The position numbers and the translations under genes are program-made. A stretch of 64,000 nucleotides of DNA from Acidimicrobiia bacterium. Its GTDB lineage: Bacteria > Actinomycetota > Acidimicrobiia > Spongiisociales > ZC4RG35. The notes beneath the pieces were generated by a model, which saw only the letters and a list, made by a program, of their open reading frames with translations, did not search any database and had not been told where the DNA came from. Below, one piece after another: positions 21,108-30,413 of the stretch. Location: NCBI GenBank assembly GCA_040880725.1, contig JBBDHV010000040.1, positions 21,843-85,842 on the forward strand. The letters are read 5' to 3'. Within the stretch, counting starts at the first letter, position 1, and every line of letters begins with the position of its first letter.

Positions 21108-22343
21108 ATGGACGTCCTTCGCTCCGACCTCGGCCGCATGCAGGCAACCCTGCAGCAGCTCTCCTCTCCCGAGGTAGGGGGCACTCCCCGCGGGGGCGTG
21201 TCGAGACCGGCGTTGTCAGACGCCGATCAGGCGGTGCGGGTCCTGTTCAGGGACATGATGGGGGACATCGGACTCGACACCCGACACGATGACCTCGGAT
21301 CCATGTACGGCCGCAGGTCAGGTACGGACGACGACCTGGCACCGGTGCTGGTCGGTTCGCACCTCGACACGGTCATGCCCGGCGGACGCTTCGACGGCAT
21401 ACTCGGAGTGACCGCCGCCTTGGAGGCGATCAGCGTCCTCGACGAGAACTCGGTGACGACCCGGCGTCCGATCGAAGTGGTCAACTGGACCGCCGAGGAA
21501 GGTGCCCGCTTTTCGCCGGCGATGCTTGCGTCAGGGGTCGTCGCCGGAGTCCATGATGCCGAGTTCGCATACGGGCGGGTCGATGGCGATGGGAATCGTT
21601 TCGGCGACGAACTGGAGCGAATCGGGTTCCGCGGCGACCGCTCGCACCGACCGGGTGAGATTCACGCGTCGGTGGAGATGCACATCGAGCAGGGAACCCG
21701 CCTCGAGGAAGCGGGAATCCCCGTCGGAGTGGTGACCGGCATCGACCCGGTGCACTGGTACGACGTGACGGTGACCGGCCGGGGAGGCCACGCCGGCGGG
21801 CCGGGACCGGAAGGCCGGAGAGACGCCATGCGGGCAGCCGCGACCATGATCACGGCGGCTCGGGATGTCTCTCTGAGGGAAGGGTCCAAGTCGACAGTCG
21901 GGATCATCCGCTCCTATCCCGGTTCGACGAACGTCGTACCCAGCCAAGTGACATTCACGCTCGACCTGCGTGCGGCCTCAGATGAAGCCCTGAATGCGGC
22001 CTTCGACGCCGTCGCCCAGCAGTACCGCGCCATCGCCCAGGACGAAGGCGTCGAGGTCGAGTGGGAATCCACCTTCGAGCTCGGCTGGACCGAGTTCGAC
22101 CAGGGTGTGCGCAGGGCGCTCGTGGATGCTTCCGCACGACTCGGGCACGACGCGATGGAACTGCGGGGAGGGATTGGACACGATTCCATGCACCTGGCAC
22201 AAGTCACGCGCGCGGGCATGGTCTTCACTCCGACAGTCGACGGCCTCTCTCACTGCGAAGAGGAGGACTCCCCCTGGGACGCCATCGAGGCTGCGACCGA
22301 CGTGCTGATCGCCGCCCTCGTCGACCTCGCCAACGACACCTGA
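21108..22343 (+). CDS. M20-family amidohydrolase (allantoate amidohydrolase / N-carbamoyl-L-amino-acid hydrolase type)
   Basis: 411 aa, VGSHLDTV, WTAEEGARF, HCEEE near the C-terminus. Confidence 0.85.
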   Translation: MDVLRSDLGRMQATLQQLSSPEVGGTPRGGVSRPALSDADQAVRVLFRDMMGDIGLDTRHDDLGSMYGRRSGTDDDLAPVLVGSHLDTVMPGGRFDGILGVTAALEAISVLDENSVTTRRPIEVVNWTAEEGARFSPAMLASGVVAGVHDAEFAYGRVDGDGNRFGDELERIGFRGDRSHRPGEIHASVEMHIEQGTRLEEAGIPVGVVTGIDPVHWYDVTVTGRGGHAGGPGPEGRRDAMRAAATMITAARDVSLREGSKSTVGIIRSYPGSTNVVPSQVTFTLDLRAASDEALNAAFDAVAQQYRAIAQDEGVEVEWESTFELGWTEFDQGVRRALVDASARLGHDAMELRGGIGHDSMHLAQVTRAGMVFTPTVDGLSHCEEEDSPWDAIEAATDVLIAALVDLANDT

Positions 22344-22403
22344 GCCGCGGAAAGGGGAGGTATCGACCGACCGTCGATCCGATCCGTCGACTTGGTGATG
22401 GAG

Positions 22404-22479
22404 TGGCAGCCCCGACCAGGTTCGAACTGGCGTTTCCGGCTTGAAAGGCCGGCGTCCTGGACCACTGGACGACGGGGCC
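22404..22479 (-). tRNA. tRNA-Glu (anticodon UUC), CCA encoded
   Basis: Hand-folded cloverleaf: GGCCCCG TC GTCC-AGTGGTCCA-GGAC G CCGGC CTTTCAA GCCGG AAAC GCCAG TTCGAAC CTGGT CGGGGCT G CCA. G1-U72 wobble, discriminator G. Confidence 0.9.
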
Positions 22480-22606
22480 ATGGCACCCGGCGCGCGACCG
22501 GTGCGCCCACAAGGCTAGCGACGCTCATACAGATCTCAGTCGGCGCGGACTGTGGTCCCGAACCCAGGGTTCCAGACGACACTGACGGTAGTCCTGAGCC
22601 CACAGT

Positions 22607-24037
22607 TCAGGCGTTGTCGACGAGACGTTCCGCCGCCGACTCGAGACGGGCGACGGAACGGTCCCGGCCGAGTGCGGCGATCGACTCGAAGAGCGGAGGG
22701 CTCACCGACGAACCGGTGACGGCCACCCGCACCGGCTGAAACGCCTTGCCGGCTCCAATCCCCTGTGCCTCGGCCAGGGCACGCAACGACGCTTCGATCG
22801 GCTCTGTCTCGAACGGCTCGACGGTCCTCAGTCGCGCCGCGGCGTCGGCCAGAATCTCGTCCACGCCTTCCTTCGTCATGACCTTGTTCCACGAGGCCTC
22901 GTCGTAGTCGAGGGCGTCGGTGAACAAGAAGATGACCTGGGGACCGACCTCGGTGAGCAGCTTCGCCCGTTCCTGAACGAGGGGTGCAATCGCGTCGAAT
23001 GTGGACCATTCCCCGTCGGTGAGTTCCCGCCCCACCGCTTCGACCACCCATGGTCGGGACCGCACGACGAAATCGTGGAGCGGCATCGCCCTGAGGTACT
23101 CGCCGTTCATCCACAGCAACTTGTCGGTGTCGAACACCGCCGGATTCTTCGACACCCGTTCCAGGGTGAAAGCAGCAACCGCTTCGTCCACGGTGAAGAT
23201 CTCCCGATCGTCACCGATCGACCAGCCGAGAATGGCGAGGAAGTTGAACACGGCCTCCGGGAGGTACCCGCCTTCCCGGTAGGCGGCGAGCGAGGTGTCA
23301 CCGTGCCGCTTCGACAGCTTCTTGCCGTCGGGTCCGAACAGCAGAGGAAGATGGGCGTACGTGGCCGGTGCAGCCCCCATGGCCCGTGCCAGGAGCATGT
23401 GTTTCGGGGTCGAGGACAACAGATCTTCGCCACGGATCACGTGGGTGATGCCGTAGTCGACATCGTCCACCGTCGAGGCCAGGTGGTACGTCGGCACGCC
23501 GTTCGAACGGAGAATGACAAAATCGTCCACCGAGTCGGCTTCGAATCGCATCGCCCCGCGGACGGTGTCGGCGAACTCGACAGCGGCGCCTTCGGGAACG
23601 GAAAACCGGATGACTCCTTCGTTCACCGCAGGCTCCAACCGGCGGATGTAGGTCCCGGGGTGCTTGCCCTCCTGCTGGGCACGCGCCCGGAACTCCTCGA
23701 GCATGTCGGCGGGCCGGTTGTCGTAATAGGCGTGACCTGCCTCGACGAGGGAGCGCGCGACCTCGCGGTACCGATCGAATCGGTCGGACTGTTTGTACGT
23801 GCCGTGCGGACCACCGACACCGATGCCCTCATCCCAGTCCAGACCCAGCCAGCGCAGACCGGTGACGATGTCCTCGAGGTGCGCAGGGTCGGAGCGTTCG
23901 ACGTCGGTGTCGTCGATTCGCACGATGAACGTGCCGCCCTCGTGCCGAGCGAAGAGCCAGTTGAACAGCGCCGCCCGAACGTTGCCGACGTGGATGCTTC
24001 CCGTGTCGGACGGGGCGATGCGAACCCGAACCGTCAC
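22607..24037 (-). CDS. gltX: Glutamyl-tRNA synthetase
   Basis: 476 aa, GTG start. HIGH-type SIHVGNVR, KMSKS-type KLSKRHG. Confidence 0.97.
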   Translation of the reverse strand: MTVRVRIAPSDTGSIHVGNVRAALFNWLFARHEGGTFIVRIDDTDVERSDPAHLEDIVTGLRWLGLDWDEGIGVGGPHGTYKQSDRFDRYREVARSLVEAGHAYYDNRPADMLEEFRARAQQEGKHPGTYIRRLEPAVNEGVIRFSVPEGAAVEFADTVRGAMRFEADSVDDFVILRSNGVPTYHLASTVDDVDYGITHVIRGEDLLSSTPKHMLLARAMGAAPATYAHLPLLFGPDGKKLSKRHGDTSLAAYREGGYLPEAVFNFLAILGWSIGDDREIFTVDEAVAAFTLERVSKNPAVFDTDKLLWMNGEYLRAMPLHDFVVRSRPWVVEAVGRELTDGEWSTFDAIAPLVQERAKLLTEVGPQVIFLFTDALDYDEASWNKVMTKEGVDEILADAAARLRTVEPFETEPIEASLRALAEAQGIGAGKAFQPVRVAVTGSSVSPPLFESIAALGRDRSVARLESAAERLVDNA

Positions 24038-24798
24038 TGGAGTCGCACCGCCGTGTTGGCCACGACCCCGATGCCGTCGACTTCGACTTCGACGAGGTCA
24101 CCGTGCTCGATCGGACCCACGCCGGAAGGAGTGCCGGTCATGATCACATCGCCGGGCAGCAGCGTCATCACCGCTGAGATGTATTCGAGCACCTCGGCCA
24201 CGCCGAAGACCATTTCAGAGGTGAACCCCGACTGGCGGAGGTCGCCGTTGACCCGGCAGGCAACTCCCATCTTCTCCAGAGGATCAAACTCGGTCTCGAT
24301 GGCAGGACCCAACGCGCAGAACGTGTCGAAACCCTTGGCCCGCGTCCACTGCCCGTCCTTACGCTGAAGGTCGCGGGCGGTGACGTCATTGCCGGCGGTG
24401 TATCCGAAGATGTACTGGGAGGCGTCCTCGGCCCTGACGTTCTTGGCCACTTTGCCGATCACCGCCACCAGCTCCGCCTCGTGATGGATGTTGTCGGACT
24501 GCGGAGGCAGCACGATCCGGGCATCGGGGCCGATCACCGAGGTCGCGGGCTTCATGAAGATGAGCGGCTGCTCGGGGACCTGGGAATCGAACTCCTCGGC
24601 ATGGTCGACGTAGTTCTTCCCGACGCAGAGCACTTTCGACGGCAACGTGGGTGCGAGGAGCTGGACCCGCTCCCAGGGGATCACCGTCTCGGTGGGCTCC
24701 CACACGAAGAACGGGCTGCCCTGGTACAGCGTGACGCCGTCAGCTTCGGCCAGGCCGTAGGCGATGTCGTCACCGGCACGGAATCGTACGATCTTCAT
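24034..24798 (-). CDS. Fumarylacetoacetate hydrolase (FAH) family protein
   Basis: MKIVRFRAGDD... with HHEAELVAVIGK and a GDxxxTGTPxGVG-type motif (PGDVIMTGTPSGVG). GTGA overlap with gltX. The track start at 24978 is an over-extension. Confidence 0.88.
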   Translation of the reverse strand: MKIVRFRAGDDIAYGLAEADGVTLYQGSPFFVWEPTETVIPWERVQLLAPTLPSKVLCVGKNYVDHAEEFDSQVPEQPLIFMKPATSVIGPDARIVLPPQSDNIHHEAELVAVIGKVAKNVRAEDASQYIFGYTAGNDVTARDLQRKDGQWTRAKGFDTFCALGPAIETEFDPLEKMGVACRVNGDLRQSGFTSEMVFGVAEVLEYISAVMTLLPGDVIMTGTPSGVGPIEHGDLVEVEVDGIGVVANTAVRLQ

Positions 24799-24823
24799 GG
24801 ACGCGGACGGTAGCGCCACCCGG

Positions 24824-25360
24824 TCAGGGGTAGTACTCGTCCTTTTTGTAGAAGGCGTCGGGGTACGGGCCCTTGACTCCCTCGACGGCCTTGCTGAAGT
24901 GCTCGGCCGACACTTCCAAGAACAGCGACGTGACTTCCACCAGCACCGTGCCGTCGGGGGCATAACCCACGGCCTCACACCACAGCTTGCGGCCCTCGGA
25001 TGCGGTGAGCCACGCCTCTCCCCGGATCGTCACACCCAGCGGAATCGGCTTGCGGTAGTTGACACTGAGGTTGGCGGTGACGGCCGGTCGGATGTGTGTC
25101 ATCGGCACGAACCCGATCAGATCGTCGAAGAAGGCGGCGATGGCACCTCCGTGCACGAGTCCCGGTCCGCCCTCGAACCGTGGGTGGAATTCGAGATCGG
25201 CCACGACTTTGTCATCGACGTAATCGGGGACGATTCCGAGACAGATCTCGTTGTCGGCGCCACATCCGAAGCAGTTCGGGAGGTGGACACGCGGGACACG
25301 GTCGAGGAGTTCGGGGTGCGGAATGGGGACGACCGTTCCGGTGATGCTCCGGAACGTCAC
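24824..25360 (-). CDS. PaaI-family hotdog-fold thioesterase
   Basis: NCFGCG then GLVHGGAIAAFFDD. GTG 25360 overlaps the stop of the upstream ORF (GTGA). Confidence 0.75.
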   Translation of the reverse strand: MTFRSITGTVVPIPHPELLDRVPRVHLPNCFGCGADNEICLGIVPDYVDDKVVADLEFHPRFEGGPGLVHGGAIAAFFDDLIGFVPMTHIRPAVTANLSVNYRKPIPLGVTIRGEAWLTASEGRKLWCEAVGYAPDGTVLVEVTSLFLEVSAEHFSKAVEGVKGPYPDAFYKKDEYYP

Positions 25361-25839
25361 TCTGGCTTCATCACTCTCAGCCGCACTGCGGCAGGTTTGG
25401 TCCGCAGCAGTTCGATACCGACTTCGGCGAGCGCGGTGCGACCCGCCGGGACCTCGTGAGCGGTGGCATCGACCCACCGTTCGCGCCGTTCGGCGAGGTG
25501 GTCGGGAAGCGCCTCCCCGATCCCGCACAGGAGCAGCGCGACCTCGAGATCCTCGTGTGTGGGTGCCCGGCCGAACGATGACGCCCGGGCTCCCATGAGC
25601 GCCGCCAGCACCTTCTCGAGACCTTTGGAGCGTTCGGGGATCTCCGCTCGGTCGATGAGCTTGAGCGCCCAGCCGGTGTCCGGCCCGGGGTTCCCGAATC
25701 CTTCGCCACGCGGAACCTGGTCGGGCGCGACGATCATTCCGGGGCGGTCGGACGGCTTCCACCGGCGAGCGTGATCGGGGCGAGGGACGGCGCGGGGTCG
25801 GTCCGCGGGTTCAAACTCGATGTTGGGCTGTTGGGCCAT
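25357..25839 (-). CDS. Hypothetical protein (160 aa)
   Basis: Non-repetitive, protein-like composition. Translationally coupled to the thioesterase gene. No family recognised. Confidence 0.6.
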   Translation of the reverse strand: MAQQPNIEFEPADRPRAVPRPDHARRWKPSDRPGMIVAPDQVPRGEGFGNPGPDTGWALKLIDRAEIPERSKGLEKVLAALMGARASSFGRAPTHEDLEVALLLCGIGEALPDHLAERRERWVDATAHEVPAGRTALAEVGIELLRTKPAAVRLRVMKPE

Positions 25840-25875
25840 GAGGCGATGATGCCCGCTGGGACGGGACTGGCCAAG

Positions 25876-26334
25876 TCATACGAGGGCGGTGAACGCCCAC
25901 CCGGCCGCCAGGCCGTAGCAGCCCGCCACGAGATCGTCCGCGGTGATCCCCACTCCACCGGGCAAACCCTCGGCTGCCCCGACACCGGGAAACGCCGACT
26001 TGAAGATGTCGGCGAGGCGAAAGACGACCCATCCAATCAGCGCGGCGCCCCCTGTGAGACCGATCGTGGCCAAGAACGTGCCTGCGGCCTCGTCGACCAC
26101 CACCCACCCGGGATCGCTGTCGTCCTCACCATGGGCGAAGCGCGCCGAAGACCACACGGCCAGGCCCGTCACGACCACGGTGGCCGCCACCTGGGCCATC
26201 CATCCCCAACGCCCGACGGCGAGGCTCATCGCGAGGGCGACCGCCGCCCCCACCGTGCCCGAACCGGCGGAAGATCCGCGCAGTCGCCCCAGAATGAGAC
26301 CCGAACCGAACCACGAGGCAACGAAACGGTGCAT
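25876..26334 (-). CDS. pgpA: Phosphatidylglycerophosphatase A
   Basis: FGSGLILG ... GSGTVGAAVA ... VVVDEAAG ... DIFKSAFPG pattern. Start uncertain (26334, 26361 or 26376). Confidence 0.8.
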   Translation of the reverse strand: MHRFVASWFGSGLILGRLRGSSAGSGTVGAAVALAMSLAVGRWGWMAQVAATVVVTGLAVWSSARFAHGEDDSDPGWVVVDEAAGTFLATIGLTGGAALIGWVVFRLADIFKSAFPGVGAAEGLPGGVGITADDLVAGCYGLAAGWAFTALV

Positions 26335-26392
26335 CCGGCGACAGTAGCCGGCCGGGTACATTGGCCCGGGGCCCACACGGAGGAGAACACCG

Positions 26393-28267
26393 ATGGAACC
26401 GGATCAGCTCGGGCTCGCCCGCGTACCTGCTGAGCCACGCCTGCATCCCGACGGCCGGATCGTCTTCACCCTCTCGCAGATGAATCTCGAAGAGGACCGT
26501 TACGACCGGGACCTGTGGATGAGCCAAGGCAACGACGTGAGACGCTTCACGACGGGCGGGTCCGACACCCATCCACGATGGTCTCCCGACGGCTCCACCA
26601 TCGCCTTCCTCCGCAAGATCGACGACGCCACCCAGATCGCCCTCATTCCCGCCGACGGCGGGGAAGCACGCCTCATCTCCAATATCGAGTTGGGCGTGGA
26701 GGCCTTCGAGTGGGCCCCTGACGGACAGTCGATCGCCGCGGTCGGGGTGTCGTGGACCGACGAGTGGTCGGGTCTGTCCGACGAAGACCGCAAGAAGAAG
26801 GCGCGCCGGGTCACTTCGGTGCCGTACCGCTTCGACAGCTTCGGCTGGGTCCACGATCGTCGACGCCACATCTGGCTGGTCCCCACCGACGGCTCCGAGC
26901 CACGTTGCCTGAGCCCCGGCGACTTCGACGAGCGTGCCGTTTCCTGGTCCCCCGACGGTTCGGCGGTCGTGGCGATCACCGATCGCAGCTCCGGTCGCGG
27001 CCTCGAGCCCGGCAGCGACGTGATCGAGATCGACGTGGCCGGCGGCGCCATCTCACAGCCGGTGACGCGCGGGAACTGGAGTTCGGCCGCATATTCGCCG
27101 GCCGGACTACTGCACCTCATCGGCAATGACACCACCGAGTGGCCGGGCGTCTCCAGCGTGTGGCGGGTCGAGGAGGGCGGGGAGGTCCGCTCCCTCACCG
27201 ATCACCTCGACCGGTCGGCGGCTTCGATCGCCTCCGGACCACCGCGACTTGCCTTCGTCGACGAGGACGTCATCACCGGCATCGAGGACGGTGGACAGTT
27301 CGGCGTGATTCGTGTCCAGCCGGATGGCACCGTCCATCATCTCGTGACCGGCCGGCGCGTGGTCACCTCGTTCGACACCCTCGACGGCACGACCATCGCC
27401 CTCGCCGTCTCGGAGATGACCGAACCCGGAACACTCGTCCGCTGGGTCGACGGTTCCGAATCCGTGCTCACGACATTCAATGACGAACTCACCTTCATCG
27501 ATGGCCACCACTTCCGTGTCCCATCCGACGGCGTCGACATCGACGCCTGGGTCTTCCTGCCACCGGAGGGCGAGGCGGTTCCCGGACTCGTCAACGTCCA
27601 TGGGGGACCTGCCAGCCAGTACGGCTTCGGGTTCTTCGACGAGTTCCAGATCTACGCCGCCGCCGGATACGCCGTCATCGCCTGCAACCCCCGAGGTTCG
27701 TCCGGCCGCGGCCTGGAGTTCGTGTCGGCCGTGGTCGGCGACGGCTGGGGCGTCGTCGATCGAACCGACATCGGGAATGTGGTGAACGCCGCCCTCGCCC
27801 GATTCCCTCGGATCGATGCCGACCGCCTCGGTCTGATGGGTGGTTCATACGGCGGTTTCATGACCGGCTGGATGACTGCCCACGAGGACCGCTGGAAGTC
27901 GGCGATCGTCGAGAGGGCCCTCCTGAACTTTTCGAGCTTCGCCGGCACCTCGGACATCGGCGCCACGTTTCCCCGCTTCTACACCGGGGCGGACTACCCG
28001 AACGGTTGGGACACCTGGTGGGACAAGAGCCCGCTCGCAGTCGTCGACCGGGTGACCACGCCGACGCTCGTGATCCACTCGGAGAACGATCACCGCTGCC
28101 CCATCGAACAAGGCGAGCAATGGTTCATGGCGTTGCTGCGGAACGGGGTACCCAGCGAGATGCTGCGGTTCCCGGGCGAGAGCCACGAACTGACCCGAGC
28201 GGGAAGCCCGTGTCACCGCCGGGAGCGTTTCGAGGCGATCCTCGACTGGCACGGCCGTCACCTGTGA
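26393..28267 (+). CDS. S9 family peptidase (acylaminoacyl-/prolyl-oligopeptidase type)
   Basis: N-terminal propeller with repeated PDG..IAF motifs. Nucleophile elbow GGSYGGFM. SD GGAGGAG 7 nt before the ATG. Confidence 0.9.
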   Translation: MEPDQLGLARVPAEPRLHPDGRIVFTLSQMNLEEDRYDRDLWMSQGNDVRRFTTGGSDTHPRWSPDGSTIAFLRKIDDATQIALIPADGGEARLISNIELGVEAFEWAPDGQSIAAVGVSWTDEWSGLSDEDRKKKARRVTSVPYRFDSFGWVHDRRRHIWLVPTDGSEPRCLSPGDFDERAVSWSPDGSAVVAITDRSSGRGLEPGSDVIEIDVAGGAISQPVTRGNWSSAAYSPAGLLHLIGNDTTEWPGVSSVWRVEEGGEVRSLTDHLDRSAASIASGPPRLAFVDEDVITGIEDGGQFGVIRVQPDGTVHHLVTGRRVVTSFDTLDGTTIALAVSEMTEPGTLVRWVDGSESVLTTFNDELTFIDGHHFRVPSDGVDIDAWVFLPPEGEAVPGLVNVHGGPASQYGFGFFDEFQIYAAAGYAVIACNPRGSSGRGLEFVSAVVGDGWGVVDRTDIGNVVNAALARFPRIDADRLGLMGGSYGGFMTGWMTAHEDRWKSAIVERALLNFSSFAGTSDIGATFPRFYTGADYPNGWDTWWDKSPLAVVDRVTTPTLVIHSENDHRCPIEQGEQWFMALLRNGVPSEMLRFPGESHELTRAGSPCHRRERFEAILDWHGRHL

Positions 28268-28276
28268 GGTGACGTC

Positions 28277-29857
28277 TCAGGCCGTCTCGAGGTAGGTCGC
28301 CTCCTCGATACCGGGAAGGCTGCGGATCGCATCGACCTGGGCCTCATCGAGGGGATTGTCGATGTTGAGGCCCATCAGCGATGCCTCGCCCGTGATGCGG
28401 GACCGCCCGACGACCATGTTGGCGATGTTGACGCCCTGGTCCCCGAGATAGGAGGCCATCTGCCCGATGACCCCGGGGATGTCTTCGTTCCGAACGATGA
28501 GCATCCGATCGGAGAACGGCAGCTCCACGTCGTTGCCCATGATCTCCACCATCATCGGACCCTTGCGGCCGAGGCTGCCTGAGATCGACACCAGGCGGCC
28601 ACCGACCTCTCCGGACAGTTTGATCTCCGAGACGTACTCGACGGATTGTTCGGTTGACTCCAGGTCCACCGAAATTCCGCGCTCTTCGGCGAGACCCGGC
28701 GCGTTCACATAGGACACCGGCTCGGTCGAAACTGCTTCCATCAGTCCTTTGAGCACCGCGAGCTTGAGCGGCCGCAATCCGAACTGTGCGATGCGTCCCT
28801 CGGCGCGAACGACGATCTGATCGCCCAACCCGCGTGCGAGGCCCACAAAGGCACGACCGAGCTGCTCGGCCACCGGCAGGTAGCGCTTCACCTCGTCGGA
28901 GACCTCCCGACCGAGGTCGATGTTCACGGCGCTGAGTACGAGATCCCCGCGTAGCGCTCCGGCAACGGCGGTGGCCACGTCGGTTCCCGCCTTGTCCTGG
29001 GCTTCGGCAGTCGACGCGCCGAGGTGCGGAGTCACCACCACCTGCGGCAGCCGAAAGAGCGGCGAATCCGTGAGGGGCTCGGTCTGGAACACGTCCAAGC
29101 CTGCGCCGCCGACTCGGCCGTCTTCGATCGCGGCCGCCAGGTCTGCTTCGTTGACGACGCCTCCCCGACTGGTGTTCACGATCCGAACTCCCGGCTTGAC
29201 CTTCAGGAGGTTCTCGCCGCCGATCAGGTTCTCGGTCTCTTTGGTCTTCGGGAGGTGGATGGAGATGAAGTCCACCTGCGGAAGCAGATCTTCCAACTCC
29301 GTGAGCTCCACGCCGAGCTGGCGCGCCCGGTCGCTTCCCACGAACGGGTCGTATGCGAGCACTCGCATTCCGAATGCCAGGCAGCGTTGCGCGACGAGGG
29401 TTCCGATCTTGCCGAGCCCGACGATTCCGATCACCTTGCCGTGCAATTCGATCCCGTCGAAGCTCTTCCGATCCCACACGCCGGAGATGAGAGTGCTGTG
29501 GGCGCGCGGAATGTTGCGTGCCTGTGCGAGGAGCAGCGCCATGGCATGCTCGGCGGCCGAGATCGTGTTGGCGTGCGGGGCATTGACGACGAGAACACCC
29601 CGCTCGGTGGCAGCGGCCAGATCGATGTTGTCCACGCCGATTCCGGCGCGCCCGATGACTTTCAGCTTCGGTGCGGACTCGATGAGCGCCCGATCCACGT
29701 TCGTGGCCGAACGAACGATCAACGCGTCGGCGTCGCCAAGACGATCGGTGAGCTCATCGCGGTCCAGTCCGGTGGCCACGTCGACCTCGAACTGCTCACG
29801 CAGCGCGGAGATCCCCGCGTCTGCGATCGTCTCTGCAACAACCACCTTGAACGACAT
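28277..29857 (-). CDS. serA: D-3-phosphoglycerate dehydrogenase (long form with C-terminal ACT domain)
   Basis: MSFKVVVAETIADAGISAL..., GIVGLGKIGTLVA NAD motif. ATG 29857 has SD AGGAG. The track start at 29974 is an over-extension. Confidence 0.93.
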   Translation of the reverse strand: MSFKVVVAETIADAGISALREQFEVDVATGLDRDELTDRLGDADALIVRSATNVDRALIESAPKLKVIGRAGIGVDNIDLAAATERGVLVVNAPHANTISAAEHAMALLLAQARNIPRAHSTLISGVWDRKSFDGIELHGKVIGIVGLGKIGTLVAQRCLAFGMRVLAYDPFVGSDRARQLGVELTELEDLLPQVDFISIHLPKTKETENLIGGENLLKVKPGVRIVNTSRGGVVNEADLAAAIEDGRVGGAGLDVFQTEPLTDSPLFRLPQVVVTPHLGASTAEAQDKAGTDVATAVAGALRGDLVLSAVNIDLGREVSDEVKRYLPVAEQLGRAFVGLARGLGDQIVVRAEGRIAQFGLRPLKLAVLKGLMEAVSTEPVSYVNAPGLAEERGISVDLESTEQSVEYVSEIKLSGEVGGRLVSISGSLGRKGPMMVEIMGNDVELPFSDRMLIVRNEDIPGVIGQMASYLGDQGVNIANMVVGRSRITGEASLMGLNIDNPLDEAQVDAIRSLPGIEEATYLETA

Positions 29858-29972
29858 ATGAGTCTCCTGAGCGAGAAACGCCCATTGTGCTGCCGGGAGG
29901 CCCCCCGATCCAAGACGACACTCTCGTCCGCCGATCTCAATAGGCTGAGAGCTCACCGAGCAAGAGGGATTC

Positions 29973-30413
29973 ATGACCTGGGAGCCGAATCACGTCGTTG
30001 TCGCAGTCGACGGATCCGAAGCGTCGAACCATGCAGCCAGAGTCGCAGTGGCTCTCGCCGAACATCGCAATGGGAAGGTCACCCTCGTGACCGTGGTCCG
30101 TCCCCCGGAAGGCTGGTGGGGCGTGGGCGGAGCACCTCCCAGCCCCGAGGCGATGTCCGTTGCCATCGCCAGGGCCCGCACGGAGATCCTGGATCCGCTC
30201 GCCGCCGAGTTCGAAGACGCCGAATGCACCGTCGACCTGGTGGAGGAGATCGGAGATCCGGCCAGCGTGATCCTTCGCATCGCCGAGAATCTCGGCGCGG
30301 ACGTGCTGGTGGCGGGCCGGCGCGGGTCGTCGCTCGTCGAGCGCCTGATGCTCGGCTCGGTGGCCGACCGCCTCGCCCACGAGGCGACGGTACCGGTGCT
30401 GATCGTCCCCTAA
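29973..30413 (+). CDS. Universal stress protein (UspA family)
   Basis: 146 aa, VVVAVDGSEAS ... VLVAGRRG ... GSVADRLAHEATVPVLIV. Confidence 0.88.
   Translation: MTWEPNHVVVAVDGSEASNHAARVAVALAEHRNGKVTLVTVVRPPEGWWGVGGAPPSPEAMSVAIARARTEILDPLAAEFEDAECTVDLVEEIGDPASVILRIAENLGADVLVAGRRGSSLVERLMLGSVADRLAHEATVPVLIVP

Noticed and set aside
19966-22479. Genomic island integrated at tRNA-Glu
   Set aside because: The flanking region I read contains no integrase, no recombinase, no direct repeat of the tRNA 3' end and no visible compositional break.
22480-22606. Second tRNA (for example tRNA-Gln) or a tRNA pseudogene between gltX and tRNA-Glu
   Set aside because: GGGTTCGGGACC resembles a T-loop, but no acceptor, D or anticodon arms can be paired around it.
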